From assembly GCA_963666485.2 (NCBI GenBank), contig CAXXUO010000006.1, positions 1-64,000 on the forward strand: a stretch of DNA of 64,000 nt, written 5' to 3'. The position numbers and the translations under genes were made by a program. Shown here one piece after another: positions 10,380 through 21,299 of the stretch (positions are counted from its first letter, which is position 1; every line of letters starts with the position of its first letter). The stretch comes from Syntrophorhabdaceae bacterium. GTDB taxonomy: Bacteria; Desulfobacterota; Syntrophorhabdia; Syntrophorhabdales; Syntrophorhabdaceae. The notes below the pieces were generated by a model that worked only from the letters and a program-made list of their open reading frames with translations, ran no database searches and was not told the origin of the DNA.

Positions 10380-10583
10380 TAATTATATTCGAGATGATCA
10401 GTCTAACTGATGATATGAACAGGTGCGGGCGGAAGGTATCGCAGGGCGGATAAATAATTTGCACCTATCGATATTGGGTATTTTCAACTGACGGGTATAC
10501 GAAAAGACGCACATCCGCTCAGGATCGCGGAGTGTGGAGGGTAGCCTGTGACATTTGAACCGATAAAAGCCAGTGGGGTCACT

Positions 10584-12941
10584 ATGAAGATTCTCGTGGT
10601 GGATGTGGGCGGGACAAGTGTCAAGATGCTCGTCACGGGAGAGGAGACTGCCCGTTCATTCCCGTCCGGGCCCGGCCTTACGCCCGGCGAGATGGTCTCA
10701 CGTGTCCTTTCGGCCGCAGGGGAGTGGAAGTATGACGCCGTATCCATGGGCATTCCCTGCCCGGTGGTAAATGGCCGCCCCGTGGGGGAACCTCTCAACC
10801 TGGGACCGGGCTGGGTAATGTTCGACTACGAAGAGGCCTTCAACCGTCCGGTAAAGATCATGAACGATGCGGCCATGCAGGCCCTGGGCAGTTACCGGGG
10901 GGGCAGGATGTTTTTCATGGGCCTCGGAACCGGGCTCGGCACGGCCCTGATCGTGGACGGAAGCATGCAGCCCATGGAGCTCTCTCACCTGCCGTACAAG
11001 AAAGCGACCTACGAAGAATATCTGGGAAAAAGGGGCTTGGAGCGCCTCGGCTTCAAGAGATGGCATCAGTATGTCCTTGACTGTGTGACCCGTCTGATGG
11101 CGGCCCTGCAACTCGATGACGTGGTCATTGGAGGGGGAAATGTGCGCAGGTTGAAGGACCTGCCGCCGCGTTGCCGCAAAGGTCATAATGATAATGCATT
11201 CCTCGGAGGATTTCTCATGTGGGATGAGCCCGGCCACGTGTGCCGCGCCACGATGTCCGTATCGGAGGGCGGGTCGCCATTGGGCAAAGGTGACGCGGAC
11301 ATACACAGCCGGGGCCTGCCGCCGGATAAGCGGCCCGCATGGAGCTCTCTCGAAGAACACTATAAGAAGGTCGTGGAACTGCATTTGCGGAAACTGTTCG
11401 CGGATGATCCAGGGCGTGGACAAAGGTTGGCGGCCGAGGCGGTCGGGATCTACCTTGATTACTCAAAGAACCGCATCACCGACGAGACGGTGCGGCTGCT
11501 CATCAGGCTTGCCGGGCAGTCGGGCCTGCGGGCGCGGATCGACGCCATGTTTGCCGGGGAAAAGATCAATGTCACCGAGAAGAGGGCCGTGCTCCATGTC
11601 GCCCTGCGTGCTCCACGGGGAACGTCGATCCTCGTGGACGGCGAGAATGTCGTGCCTGAGGTCCACGCCGTCCTCGACAGAATGGCAGATTTCTGCGGCC
11701 GCGTGCGCAGCGGGCAATGGACGGGCCACACGGGCAGGCGGATCCGCAATGTCGTCAATGTCGGCATCGGCGGTTCGGACTTAGGTCCGGTGATGGCCTA
11801 CGAGGCCCTCAAGTACTATAGCGACCGGGCAATGACATTCCGTTTCGTTTCGAACGTGGACGGCACCGACTTTGTTGAAGCCGTCTACGGTCTCGATCCT
11901 GCGGAGACGCTTTTTATCATCTCCTCAAAGACTTTTACCACATTGGAGACGATGTCGAATGCCGGTACGGCCCGCGACTGGCTCATAGCCGGTCTCGGCG
12001 GTGATGAGAGGGCAGTGGCGCGCCATTTCGTCGCTGTCTCGACCAACGCGGCCGCAGTCGCCCGCTTCGGTATCGATACGGAGAATATGTTCGAGTTCTG
12101 GGACTGGGTGGGAGGACGCTACTCCATGGACTCGGCGATCGGTCTTTCGACAATGCTCGCTATCGGGTCTGACAACTTCAGTGCTCTTCTCGCCGGATTT
12201 CACGAGATGGACGAGCATTTCCGCACGGCCCCGTTCGAACGCAACCTCCCGGTGCTCATGGGCCTCCTTGCCGTGTGGTACAACAATTTCTTCGGCGCGG
12301 AGACGCATGCCGTGCTGCCTTACGACCAGTACCTGAAACGGTTTCCGGCCTATCTGCAACAGCTGACAATGGAGAGCAGCGGCAAATACGTCACACGCAA
12401 AGGGGCGCGCGTCGCATACCAGACAGGGCCCATTTACTGGGGGGAACCGGGGACCAATGGTCAGCACTCTTTTTATCAGCTTATCCACCAGGGGACCAAG
12501 CTCGTGCCCTGCGACTTTATTGCGTTCAGCAGGCCTCTCAATGCCACCGGTGGACATCACGACATGCTCATCGCCAACGTGTTCGCCCAGGCGGAGGCCC
12601 TGGCCTTCGGTAAAACGCCGGACGAGGTCGCGGCTGATGGCACACCTGAATGGCTTAAAGCCCACCGGGTCTTCGAGGGGAACCGGCCGTCGAATACGAT
12701 CCTGGTGGAAAGGCTCACGCCGGAAGCTCTCGGAAAGCTCGTCTCCCTGTACGAGCATTCGGTATTCACGCAGGGTGCCATCTGGCAGATCAATCCCTTT
12801 GACCAGTGGGGCGTCGAATTGGGCAAGGCCCTTGCACAGCGCATCATGCCGGAACTCACAAGCGTCGAGGAACCGGTGCTGGCCCACGATACTTCGACCA
12901 ATTCCCTGATCCGGCGGTACCGCCGGCAAAAGTTTGTATGA
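10584..12941 (+). CDS. pgi: Fusion of ROK-family (PpgK-like) glucokinase and glucose-6-phosphate isomerase
   Basis: N-terminal [14 protein letters not shown] and GLGTGLG (ROK). C-terminal [38 protein letters not shown] and DQWGVELGK (PGI). One continuous ORF. Confidence 0.9.
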   Translation: MKILVVDVGGTSVKMLVTGEETARSFPSGPGLTPGEMVSRVLSAAGEWKYDAVSMGIPCPVVNGRPVGEPLNLGPGWVMFDYEEAFNRPVKIMNDAAMQALGSYRGGRMFFMGLGTGLGTALIVDGSMQPMELSHLPYKKATYEEYLGKRGLERLGFKRWHQYVLDCVTRLMAALQLDDVVIGGGNVRRLKDLPPRCRKGHNDNAFLGGFLMWDEPGHVCRATMSVSEGGSPLGKGDADIHSRGLPPDKRPAWSSLEEHYKKVVELHLRKLFADDPGRGQRLAAEAVGIYLDYSKNRITDETVRLLIRLAGQSGLRARIDAMFAGEKINVTEKRAVLHVALRAPRGTSILVDGENVVPEVHAVLDRMADFCGRVRSGQWTGHTGRRIRNVVNVGIGGSDLGPVMAYEALKYYSDRAMTFRFVSNVDGTDFVEAVYGLDPAETLFIISSKTFTTLETMSNAGTARDWLIAGLGGDERAVARHFVAVSTNAAAVARFGIDTENMFEFWDWVGGRYSMDSAIGLSTMLAIGSDNFSALLAGFHEMDEHFRTAPFERNLPVLMGLLAVWYNNFFGAETHAVLPYDQYLKRFPAYLQQLTMESSGKYVTRKGARVAYQTGPIYWGEPGTNGQHSFYQLIHQGTKLVPCDFIAFSRPLNATGGHHDMLIANVFAQAEALAFGKTPDEVAADGTPEWLKAHRVFEGNRPSNTILVERLTPEALGKLVSLYEHSVFTQGAIWQINPFDQWGVELGKALAQRIMPELTSVEEPVLAHDTSTNSLIRRYRRQKFV

Positions 12942-12982
12942 TACTGATGCGACGGAACGCATAGACCGTGGAGGGAAACACG

Positions 12983-14269
12983 ATGAGTAATGCAAATCTC
13001 GATTTTACGATACCAAGGCTTGGTGAATGTACGATCACGTCCCCGATGAAGGGTGCCCGGTTTATCCGGGACAACGACCGGGTGCTTTATCACTCCCGTC
13101 TGGACGATACCCAGGCATTGATCGATGAGCGGGCGGACCTGCCCGCGCTGGAGGTCGCCGGGCCGCGGGAAACGATCTTTTTCAACCCCTCCCGGCTTTC
13201 GTGCGGGATCGTGACATGCGGGGGGATATGCCCGGGGCTCAACGACGTGATCCGGTCCGTCGTCCTGAGCCTCTACAATCACTATGGCGTGAGCACGGTG
13301 TACGGGTTCCGTTTCGGGTATGAGGGCCTTGTTCCCCGGTACGGGCACAAACCCCTCGAATTGACGCCCGAGGCGGTTGACCGGATCTACGACGCCGGCG
13401 GGACCATCCTCGGCTCCTCCCGGGGGCCGCAGGACCCGGCAGAGATGGTGCGGTACCTCGAACAACTCAAAGTCGGCATACTTTTTACCGTCGGCGGCGA
13501 CGGGACGCTCCGCGGGGCGCAGAAGATCGCCGAAGAAGCGGCGGCACGGGGGCTCGCGATAAGTGTCATCGGCATTCCGAAGACCATCGACAACGATATT
13601 TCATTTGTACAGACCACATTCGGGTTCGAGACGGCGGTAGCCGAGGCGAGGCGGGCCACCGATGCCGCAAACACCGAGGCGGAAGCGGCGCGCAACGGCG
13701 TCGGCCTCGTAAAGCTCATGGGGCGTGATTCAGGGTTTATCGCCGCTTACTCGGCGCTCGTGAACAACAACATCGACTTCTGCCTCGTCCCCGAGGTACC
13801 TTTCACACTCGACGGATTTCTCGGGGCCCTGAAACGGCAGCTCGAGGCCAGGGGCCATGCGGTTGTCGTCGTTGCTGAAGGTGCAGGCCAGCACTTGATG
13901 GAACAGACGTCCGAGAGAGACGCTTCGGGCAACCTAAAATACGGCGACATCGGCATTTTCCTCAGGGACGCGATCAAGGACTATTTCAAAAGAGACGGCA
14001 TGGAGATGAACCTGAAATATATAGACCCCAGCTACACCATCAGGAGCACACCTTCGAATCCGCACGACTCCGCCTTCTGTCTCCTTCTCGGCCACAGTGC
14101 CGTCCACGCCGGCATGAGCGGCCGGACGAACATGGTGGTCGGCTTCTGGAACCACCAGTTCACCCACGTACCCATATCACTCGCGGTGTCACAACGCAAG
14201 AAGATCGACCCGCTGGGCGCTCTCTGGAGCGTTGTCATCGCATCCACCGGACAGCCGAGAGAGATGTGA
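12983..14269 (+). CDS. pfkA: 6-phosphofructokinase, ATP-dependent clade X type
   Basis: TCGGICPGLN, GGDGT, PKTIDND, MGR and YIDPSYTIRS motifs. Confidence 0.92.
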   Translation: MSNANLDFTIPRLGECTITSPMKGARFIRDNDRVLYHSRLDDTQALIDERADLPALEVAGPRETIFFNPSRLSCGIVTCGGICPGLNDVIRSVVLSLYNHYGVSTVYGFRFGYEGLVPRYGHKPLELTPEAVDRIYDAGGTILGSSRGPQDPAEMVRYLEQLKVGILFTVGGDGTLRGAQKIAEEAAARGLAISVIGIPKTIDNDISFVQTTFGFETAVAEARRATDAANTEAEAARNGVGLVKLMGRDSGFIAAYSALVNNNIDFCLVPEVPFTLDGFLGALKRQLEARGHAVVVVAEGAGQHLMEQTSERDASGNLKYGDIGIFLRDAIKDYFKRDGMEMNLKYIDPSYTIRSTPSNPHDSAFCLLLGHSAVHAGMSGRTNMVVGFWNHQFTHVPISLAVSQRKKIDPLGALWSVVIASTGQPREM

Positions 14270-14309
14270 CCGAAAGTTCCGTCGTCCAAGACGGATAGGG
14301 GTATCGTCA

Positions 14310-16403
14310 ATGTCCAAAAGTCTTTATATCATGAGCCTTGAGAGACAAAGCGGCAAGACCCTTGCGGCACTTGCCCTGATGGAGCACCTGGCAGGACGGG
14401 TCGGGAACCCCGGCTTCTTCAGGCCCGTAATATTCACCGACAAGGGGCCGGACAGGTTCATTGCTCTCGCAATGTCCCTCTACGGCCTTAATTTTTCGCC
14501 GGAAGAGATGTATGGTGTTACCGGGGCCGAGGCCATGCCCCTTCTCGCTGCAGGAGATTACGACGGGCTTTACACACGCATCCTCGAAAAGTACAAGGCA
14601 CTGGAGGAGAGGTCGGATTTCGTTCTCTGCGTCGGTACGGATTACAGCGGCGCTTCGATGGCCCTCGAGTTCGACTTTAACGTCGAGTGCGCACGGAACC
14701 TCGGCTCATCTCTCATCCCTGTCCTCAACGGGCGTGGCAAAGATGCAGGTACGCTGGTAACCGGCATTCGGGCCCTCGAGGAGGAAATGGAGAATGAGAA
14801 GTGCGACATGGCTGCGGTTATCGTCAACCGGATTGCGCCTGACCGGCGTCAAGACCTCATCGCGGTTGTCAGTAAAAGACCGACCGGGTCCCCGCCTGTA
14901 TACGTACTGCCCGAAGAGCCCATGCTCGATAGACCGACGGTAGGCGAGATCGCCACCGCGCTCCGCGCGGCGGTCATAAGCGGTGATGCCGAACGGCTGG
15001 AAGGAGAGGTCGTCGACTTTAAGATAGGTGCGATGGAACTGCCGAACTTTCTTGAGCGGCTGGAGTCGGGAAGCCTCGTCATCACCCCCGGGGATCGGTC
15101 CGATATTGTCGTGGGCGCCCTCGTTGCCGACAGGTCTGCGAACTACCCGCATATTTCCGGGGTGGTGTTGACGGGCGGCCTGAAAGTGGCACCACAGATA
15201 TTGAGACTCATGGAAGGACAGGCGTCCCCGGTCCCGGTGATGCACGTCGAGACGGACACCTTTACAGCTGCTATGAGCATACACAGCCTTTTGCCCTCCT
15301 TTACGGCCAAGAGCAAGAGGCAGATCGCCGCCGCGCTCGGTCTTGCCGACGCTTACGTGGATTTTGGAGATATTCTCGGGAAGGCGATCCTCAAGCGTCC
15401 CGGGCAGACCACGCCGCTCATGTTCCAATACGAGCTCATCAGAAAAGCCAAGCTACAGCGCAAGCATATCGTTCTGCCGGAAGGCATGGAGGAGCGCATT
15501 TTGAGGGCGGCGGAGATCGTCCTCTACCGGGATGTCTGCGATATCACGCTGCTCGGCGATCCGGAGGCCGTAAAAGAAAAGGCATCGAACCTCGGGCTTT
15601 CGATCGATCGCGCCAGGATCGTCGACCCCCTTACCTCCGAACTCCTCCCCGTCTACGCCGATGCGTACTATCAATTGCGCAAACACAAGGGTATCTCGCC
15701 TGACATGGCGCGGGACACAATGACAGATGTCAGCTACTTCGGCACCATGATGGTGCACCTCGGCCATGCGGACGGCATGGTCTCCGGGTCGGTGCACACA
15801 ACGGCGCACACCATCAGGCCGTCCCTCGAGTTTGTAAAGACCCGGCCGGGGATCTCCATCGTGTCGAGCGTTTCCTTCATGTGCCTTGCCGACAGGGTGC
15901 TCGTCTACGGAGACTGCGCGATCGTCCCCGATCCGACAAGCGAACAGCTTGCCGACATCGCGATCAGTGCGGCTGGGACCGCAGCCGGTTTCGGCATCGA
16001 GCCAAGGATCGCAATGCTTTCGTATTCGACCGGTGAATCGGGCCACGGGCCCGAGGTGGACCGGGTACGGGAGGCGACGCACCTTGTGCGCACGCGCAGG
16101 CCTGACATCAAGGTCGAAGGCCCGATACAGTATGACGCCGCCATCGACTCGACGGTCGCGAAGCTGAAGATGCCGGGCAGCGAGGTTGCGGGCCAGGCCA
16201 CTGTCTTCATCTTTCCGGACCTCAACGCCGGCAACAACGCATACAAGGCCGTGCAGCGCGCCACCAACGCTGTTGCCATCGGGCCCGTCCTCCAGGGGCT
16301 CAACAAGCCCGTTAACGATCTGAGCCGCGGCGCCCTCGTTCCGGACATTATCAACACCATCGTGATCACGGCCATCCAGGCCCAGGCAGGCGGGTCTTTA
16401 TGA
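14310..16403 (+). CDS. pta: Phosphate acetyltransferase, long form with DRTGG domain
   Basis: ITPGDRSD, IVLPEG, EGPIQYDAA, FPDLNAGN and KPVNDLSRG motifs. Confidence 0.96.
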   Translation: MSKSLYIMSLERQSGKTLAALALMEHLAGRVGNPGFFRPVIFTDKGPDRFIALAMSLYGLNFSPEEMYGVTGAEAMPLLAAGDYDGLYTRILEKYKALEERSDFVLCVGTDYSGASMALEFDFNVECARNLGSSLIPVLNGRGKDAGTLVTGIRALEEEMENEKCDMAAVIVNRIAPDRRQDLIAVVSKRPTGSPPVYVLPEEPMLDRPTVGEIATALRAAVISGDAERLEGEVVDFKIGAMELPNFLERLESGSLVITPGDRSDIVVGALVADRSANYPHISGVVLTGGLKVAPQILRLMEGQASPVPVMHVETDTFTAAMSIHSLLPSFTAKSKRQIAAALGLADAYVDFGDILGKAILKRPGQTTPLMFQYELIRKAKLQRKHIVLPEGMEERILRAAEIVLYRDVCDITLLGDPEAVKEKASNLGLSIDRARIVDPLTSELLPVYADAYYQLRKHKGISPDMARDTMTDVSYFGTMMVHLGHADGMVSGSVHTTAHTIRPSLEFVKTRPGISIVSSVSFMCLADRVLVYGDCAIVPDPTSEQLADIAISAAGTAAGFGIEPRIAMLSYSTGESGHGPEVDRVREATHLVRTRRPDIKVEGPIQYDAAIDSTVAKLKMPGSEVAGQATVFIFPDLNAGNNAYKAVQRATNAVAIGPVLQGLNKPVNDLSRGALVPDIINTIVITAIQAQAGGSL

Positions 16404-17617
16404 TGAAAGTGGCTGTAGTTAATTGTGGAAGCTCCTCCATCAAGTACGAAGTCTTCAACGTGCCGGGTTTCTCCCTGTACGCGAAGGGTCTTGTCGAGAA
16501 GATCGGAAGCGGCGACAGCTGTCTGCACCAGCAGAGGTTCGGCCCTGAAGGGACTACCGGGGAGCGGGTCTATGCGAAAAAACTGGCCGATCATAACGAC
16601 GGGTTCCATTTCATGGCGGACGTGAACAGGGAGGACCCCGTTATAGGAGACGACACGGAACTCATCGGTATCGGGCACCGGGTAGTCCATGGGGGTGAAG
16701 TTTTCCGGGAGGCGGCCCTCATCGACGATGATGTCGTCGAGGCGATCCGCGCGCTCATACCGCTCGCCCCCCTGCATAACCCTTCCAACCTGCTCGGAAT
16801 AGAGGCTGCCAGAACTAGGTTCCCCGGGGTGCCCCAGGTAGCGGTGTTCGACACGGCATTCCATCACACGCTGCCCCCGCATGCATTTCATTATGCCGTG
16901 CCCTATGACTGGTATACGGAATTACACGTCCGCAGATACGGGTTTCACGGCACCTCGCATTTCTACGTGTCGAGAGAGGCTGCGCGCTATCTTGGCAGGG
17001 AGCCCGAGGCGCTTAACCTCATCACCCTTCATCTCGGGAACGGGGCCAGTGCCGCTGCGATCCGGGGAGGCATGAGCATAGATACGTCCATGGGCATGAC
17101 GCCCCTCGAAGGCCTCGTCATGGGTACGAGGTCCGGGGACATCGACCCGGCCGTCCCCTTCTACGTCATGAGACAGACGAGGGTACCGGCAGATGAGTTG
17201 GAGAGGTCCCTCAACTCGTCAAGCGGCCTTAAGGGTATCTGCGGGCTGAACGATATGAGAGACATTATCGACCAGGCCGAAAGCGGCAACGAACGCGCCC
17301 GCCTCGCCGTCGAAATGTTCTGCTACCGCATCAAAAAATATATCGGTGCATACGCGGCGGCCCTTGGCCGAGTCCACGCCATAGTGTTCACCGGCGGCAT
17401 CGGCGAGAATTCAGGCGCCGTACGCGGTTGGATCTGCAAGGGTTTGGAGAATATGGGTATAATAGTAGATGAGGCAAAAAATGCGGCCGCCACGACGGAC
17501 ATTACCGACATCGGACAGAATGGGGCGCCGGTCAGGATACTGGTGATAAAGACGGACGAGGAACGCGAGATTGCCCGTCAGACCGTCAGGTCCATCGAAA
17601 GGGCAGGGAACGTATAA
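16400..17617 (+). CDS. ackA: Acetate kinase
   Basis: NCGSSSIK, GHRVVHGG, APLHNP, RRYGFHGTSH, HLGNG and FTGGIGEN motifs. Confidence 0.97.
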   Translation: MMKVAVVNCGSSSIKYEVFNVPGFSLYAKGLVEKIGSGDSCLHQQRFGPEGTTGERVYAKKLADHNDGFHFMADVNREDPVIGDDTELIGIGHRVVHGGEVFREAALIDDDVVEAIRALIPLAPLHNPSNLLGIEAARTRFPGVPQVAVFDTAFHHTLPPHAFHYAVPYDWYTELHVRRYGFHGTSHFYVSREAARYLGREPEALNLITLHLGNGASAAAIRGGMSIDTSMGMTPLEGLVMGTRSGDIDPAVPFYVMRQTRVPADELERSLNSSSGLKGICGLNDMRDIIDQAESGNERARLAVEMFCYRIKKYIGAYAAALGRVHAIVFTGGIGENSGAVRGWICKGLENMGIIVDEAKNAAATTDITDIGQNGAPVRILVIKTDEEREIARQTVRSIERAGNV

Positions 17618-17640
17618 GCCGCCGGATGTATACCGGCGGC
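17618..17640 (+). other. Intergenic stem-loop without U-tract (possible mRNA stabiliser)
   Basis: GCCGCCGG-atgtata-CCGGCGGC immediately after the ackA stop. Confidence 0.5.
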
Positions 17641-17672
17641 GGCCAGATGAAGAAACTTAAGGAGAAGAGACC

Positions 17673-20600
17673 ATGGCACGTAAAATGGTCACTATCGACG
17701 GGAACGAGGCTGCCGCTTCAGTTGCTTTCCGACTCAATGAAGTCGTAGCCATTTATCCGATAACACCCTCGTCGCCCATGGCGGAACTTTGCGATGCGTG
17801 GGCTGCCGCAGGGAAAAAGAACATATGGGGGGACGCCGTATCCATAATGGAGATGCAATCCGAGGCCGGTGCGGCAGGGGCGGTGCATGGGGCCCTCCAG
17901 GCCGGGGCGCTAACCACCACGTTTACCGCGTCGCAGGGACTTCTGTTGATGATACCGGACATGTACAAAATAGCCGGCGAGCTTACTTCCTGTGCGATGC
18001 ACGTCGCGGCAAGGACAGTGGCGACCCACGCCCTGTCAATATTCGGTGACCACTCCGACGTGATGGCCTGCCGGCAGACAGGATTTGCCCTGCTCGCCTC
18101 CGGTTCCGTTCAGGAAGCCCATGACATGGCCTGCATCGCGCAGGCGGCGACACTCGAGGGCCGTATCCCGTTCCTCCACTTTTTCGACGGGTTCCGGACC
18201 TCCCACGAAGAGGCAAAGATCGAACTTTTGTCCGATGATGACCTGCATTTCATGATGCGCAGCGATCTCATTCAGGAACACCGCGCCCGCAGTCTCTCGC
18301 CGGACCGTCCAATGCTCAGGGGCACGAGCGAGAACGCCGACACATTCTTTCAAACGCGTGAGGCCGCCAACACCTTTTACCTGGCGCTTCCGGAAACGGT
18401 CCAGCGCGTGATGGAGCGGTTTGCCGCACGGACCGGCCGGGCATATAATCTGTTCGATTATTATGGCGATGCGGCTGCCGAACGGGTCATTGTTTTGATG
18501 GGGTCCGGAGCACAGACGGCCATTGAGACCGTGGACCATCTTGTACGGCAGGGCGAAAAGGTTGGGGTACTTGTGGTCCGGCTCTTCCGGCCCTTCCAGT
18601 CGGACCGTTTTATCGCTGCCCTCCCCAGGTCCTTGAAAGGATTGGCCGTGCTTGATCGCACGAAGGAGGCGGGTTCGGTAGCCGAACCGCTCCACCTTGA
18701 CATCATTGCGTCCCTGCAAGGGCGCGGCAACGATGAGGGAGAGCATTTCCGGAACGTGAGCGTTATCGGCGGACGGTACGGTCTGTCCAGCAAGGAGTTC
18801 ACTCCCGGCATGGTAAAGGCCGTATTCGATGAATTAAAGAAAGCACGGCCTGCGGACCATTTCACCATCGGCATTGAAGATGACGTGACAAACCTTTCGC
18901 TGCCCTATGATGGAGCATACGACATTGAGGGCGGTGACACCGTGGGTGCCGTATTTTTCGGCCTCGGGGCCGACGGGACGGTGGGTGCCAACAAGAATTC
19001 GATAAAGATCATCGGGGAAGAGACGGACAATTTTGCCCAGGGTTACTACGTGTACGACTCGAAAAAGTCCGGGTCGGTAACGGTATCGCATCTCAGGTTC
19101 AGCCCGGCGCCCATCAGGTCGGCCTATCTTCTGCGGCAGGCAAGGTTTGTCGCCTGTCACCAGTTCTCCTTCCTCGAGAAGATCGACGTCCTGAGGTATG
19201 CCCTGCCGGGCGCCGTATTCCTTCTGAACAGCCCGTATGGGGCCGACGATGTCTGGGAGCACCTCCCCGGGGAGGTCCAGTCGGCGATCCTCGATAAAGA
19301 ACTTCGTTTCTACGTGATCGACGCCGGCCGGGTGGCGAGGGAAGCGGGTATGGGGAACAGGATAAATACGGTCATGCAGACATGTTTTTTTGCCATATCG
19401 GGGGTCCTGGCCCGAGAGGCGGCAATTGAGAAAATCAAGCAGTCGATCAGGAAGACTTACGGGAAGAAAGGCGAGGAGGTGGTCGAGCGGAATTGTGCCG
19501 CCGTTGACACCACGCTCGAAAACCTCCATGAGGTGTCGGTGAGCGGGAGGACCATAACAGGCCTGCCGCGCCCTTCGATCGTATCCGATCAAGCGCCTGA
19601 CCTTGTCAAGCGCACGATCGTGCCGATGATGCTCGGCGAAGGGGACAGTCTGCCCGTAAGCGCCTTTTCTCCCGACGGCACATGGCCTACGGCAACGACA
19701 CAGTGGGAAAAGCGCAATATCGCATACGAGGTTCCCGTCTGGGACCCGTCGGTTTGCATCCAGTGCATGAAATGCGCGATGCACTGCCCCCACGCGACTA
19801 TACGGGGGAAGATCTACGACCCTTCACTGCTTTCCAACGCCCCGCAGTCCTTCCGGTCGGTGCCCCTTCGTTCCAAGGATTTCAAAGATAAACAGTTTAC
19901 TGTTCAGGTGGCCGTCGAGGATTGTACCGGGTGCGGCCTCTGTGTTGCCGTCTGCCCGGCGAAGAATAAAGAGAACCCGCGGCGCAGGGCGATCAACATG
20001 GAGCCGCAGGCCCCTTTGCGCGAGCAGGAAAGAGACAATTACGCTTTCTTTCTCAGCATTCCGGATTTCGACCGCTCTACCGTTGAAAAGCTTGACGTCA
20101 GGACATCGCAGTTCGTGACGCCGCTCTTCGAATACTCGGGCGCATGTGCCGGCTGCGGAGAGACCCCGTATATCCGGCTCCTTACCCAATTGTACGGCGA
20201 CCGCCTGCTCGTTGCCAACGCGACGGGGTGCTCCTCGATCTACGGGGGGAACTTGCCCACGTGCCCGTACGCGACCGACCCGGAAGGGAGGGGCCCCGCA
20301 TGGTCAAATTCTCTTTTCGAAGACAATGCCGAATTCGGTCTCGGGTTCCGGCTAGCGCTGGATGCGCAGCGCGATCAGGCAGAGCGGCTCTTAAAGGGCT
20401 TCACAGGGACTCTTGACGGCGGCCTTATCGGGAAGCTTCTCGATCCCGTTCCGGAAAGCGACAAGGCTATCGCTGATCAGCGTGCGCTCGTCGCCGACCT
20501 GAAGCGGCGCCTGAAATCTATCGATACGATGGAGGCGCGCCAGTTGGAGATGCTCGCGGATTATCTCGTGCCCAAGAGCGTCTGGATCGTTGGCGGTGAC

Positions 20601-21296
20601 GGCTGGGCTTATGACATAGGGTACGGGGGACTGGACCATGTGCTGAGCACCCGGCGCAACGTCAATGTTCTCGTTCTGGATACCGGGGTTTACTCCAACA
20701 CGGGAGGACAGGCATCGAAAGCGACACCTCTCGGTGCTGCCGCCAAGTTCGCGGCCCACGGAAAGGATGTGAGCAAGAAGGACCTCGGACTGATGGCCAT
20801 GAGCTACGGGTACGTCTACGTAGCAAGCGTGGCGCTTGGTGCTCAGGAAGGGCATACCCTGAAGGCTTTTCTCGAGGCCGTGTCGTATCCGGGACCATCC
20901 CTCATCATGGCATACGCACATTGTATTGCCCACGGATATGAACTCAAGTTCGGGGCCCAGCAGCAGAAACTGGCCGTGGACTGCGGAGTATGGCCGCTCT
21001 ACCGGTATGACCCCCGGCGAATCGGCGAGGGGGAGCCGCCCCTGATCGTGGACGCTGTAGGGGGTAAGATTCCCGTCTCGGAATACATGAAGAACGAAAC
21101 CCGCTTCAGGATGGTGGAAAAGCTCGATCCCGAGAAATTCAGGAAATACGCGGTACAGTCACAGCTTTCGGCGGAGCGCCGGATGGCCGTCTACAAGCAC
21201 ATGTCTCAGCTGCGCCTTCCCACCGCCGACCGGGGCGGTACAACCGCGTCCGAAGAACGCTCAGAGACTGGCTTGCAGCCGGAAAAGGAAAGGTGA
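17673..21296 (+). CDS. nifJ: Pyruvate:ferredoxin (flavodoxin) oxidoreductase, single-chain
   Basis: YPITPSS, SEAGAAG, GLGADGTVGANK, two CxxCxxCxxxC, GACAGCGETPY and GGDGWAYDIG; 1207 aa. Confidence 0.97.
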   Translation: MARKMVTIDGNEAAASVAFRLNEVVAIYPITPSSPMAELCDAWAAAGKKNIWGDAVSIMEMQSEAGAAGAVHGALQAGALTTTFTASQGLLLMIPDMYKIAGELTSCAMHVAARTVATHALSIFGDHSDVMACRQTGFALLASGSVQEAHDMACIAQAATLEGRIPFLHFFDGFRTSHEEAKIELLSDDDLHFMMRSDLIQEHRARSLSPDRPMLRGTSENADTFFQTREAANTFYLALPETVQRVMERFAARTGRAYNLFDYYGDAAAERVIVLMGSGAQTAIETVDHLVRQGEKVGVLVVRLFRPFQSDRFIAALPRSLKGLAVLDRTKEAGSVAEPLHLDIIASLQGRGNDEGEHFRNVSVIGGRYGLSSKEFTPGMVKAVFDELKKARPADHFTIGIEDDVTNLSLPYDGAYDIEGGDTVGAVFFGLGADGTVGANKNSIKIIGEETDNFAQGYYVYDSKKSGSVTVSHLRFSPAPIRSAYLLRQARFVACHQFSFLEKIDVLRYALPGAVFLLNSPYGADDVWEHLPGEVQSAILDKELRFYVIDAGRVAREAGMGNRINTVMQTCFFAISGVLAREAAIEKIKQSIRKTYGKKGEEVVERNCAAVDTTLENLHEVSVSGRTITGLPRPSIVSDQAPDLVKRTIVPMMLGEGDSLPVSAFSPDGTWPTATTQWEKRNIAYEVPVWDPSVCIQCMKCAMHCPHATIRGKIYDPSLLSNAPQSFRSVPLRSKDFKDKQFTVQVAVEDCTGCGLCVAVCPAKNKENPRRRAINMEPQAPLREQERDNYAFFLSIPDFDRSTVEKLDVRTSQFVTPLFEYSGACAGCGETPYIRLLTQLYGDRLLVANATGCSSIYGGNLPTCPYATDPEGRGPAWSNSLFEDNAEFGLGFRLALDAQRDQAERLLKGFTGTLDGGLIGKLLDPVPESDKAIADQRALVADLKRRLKSIDTMEARQLEMLADYLVPKSVWIVGGDGWAYDIGYGGLDHVLSTRRNVNVLVLDTGVYSNTGGQASKATPLGAAAKFAAHGKDVSKKDLGLMAMSYGYVYVASVALGAQEGHTLKAFLEAVSYPGPSLIMAYAHCIAHGYELKFGAQQQKLAVDCGVWPLYRYDPRRIGEGEPPLIVDAVGGKIPVSEYMKNETRFRMVEKLDPEKFRKYAVQSQLSAERRMAVYKHMSQLRLPTADRGGTTASEERSETGLQPEKER

Positions 21297-21299
21297 TAT

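Noticed and set aside
12983..14269. PPi-dependent phosphofructokinase
   Set aside because: It has GGDG rather than GGDD, which indicates ATP use despite the PKTIDND motif.
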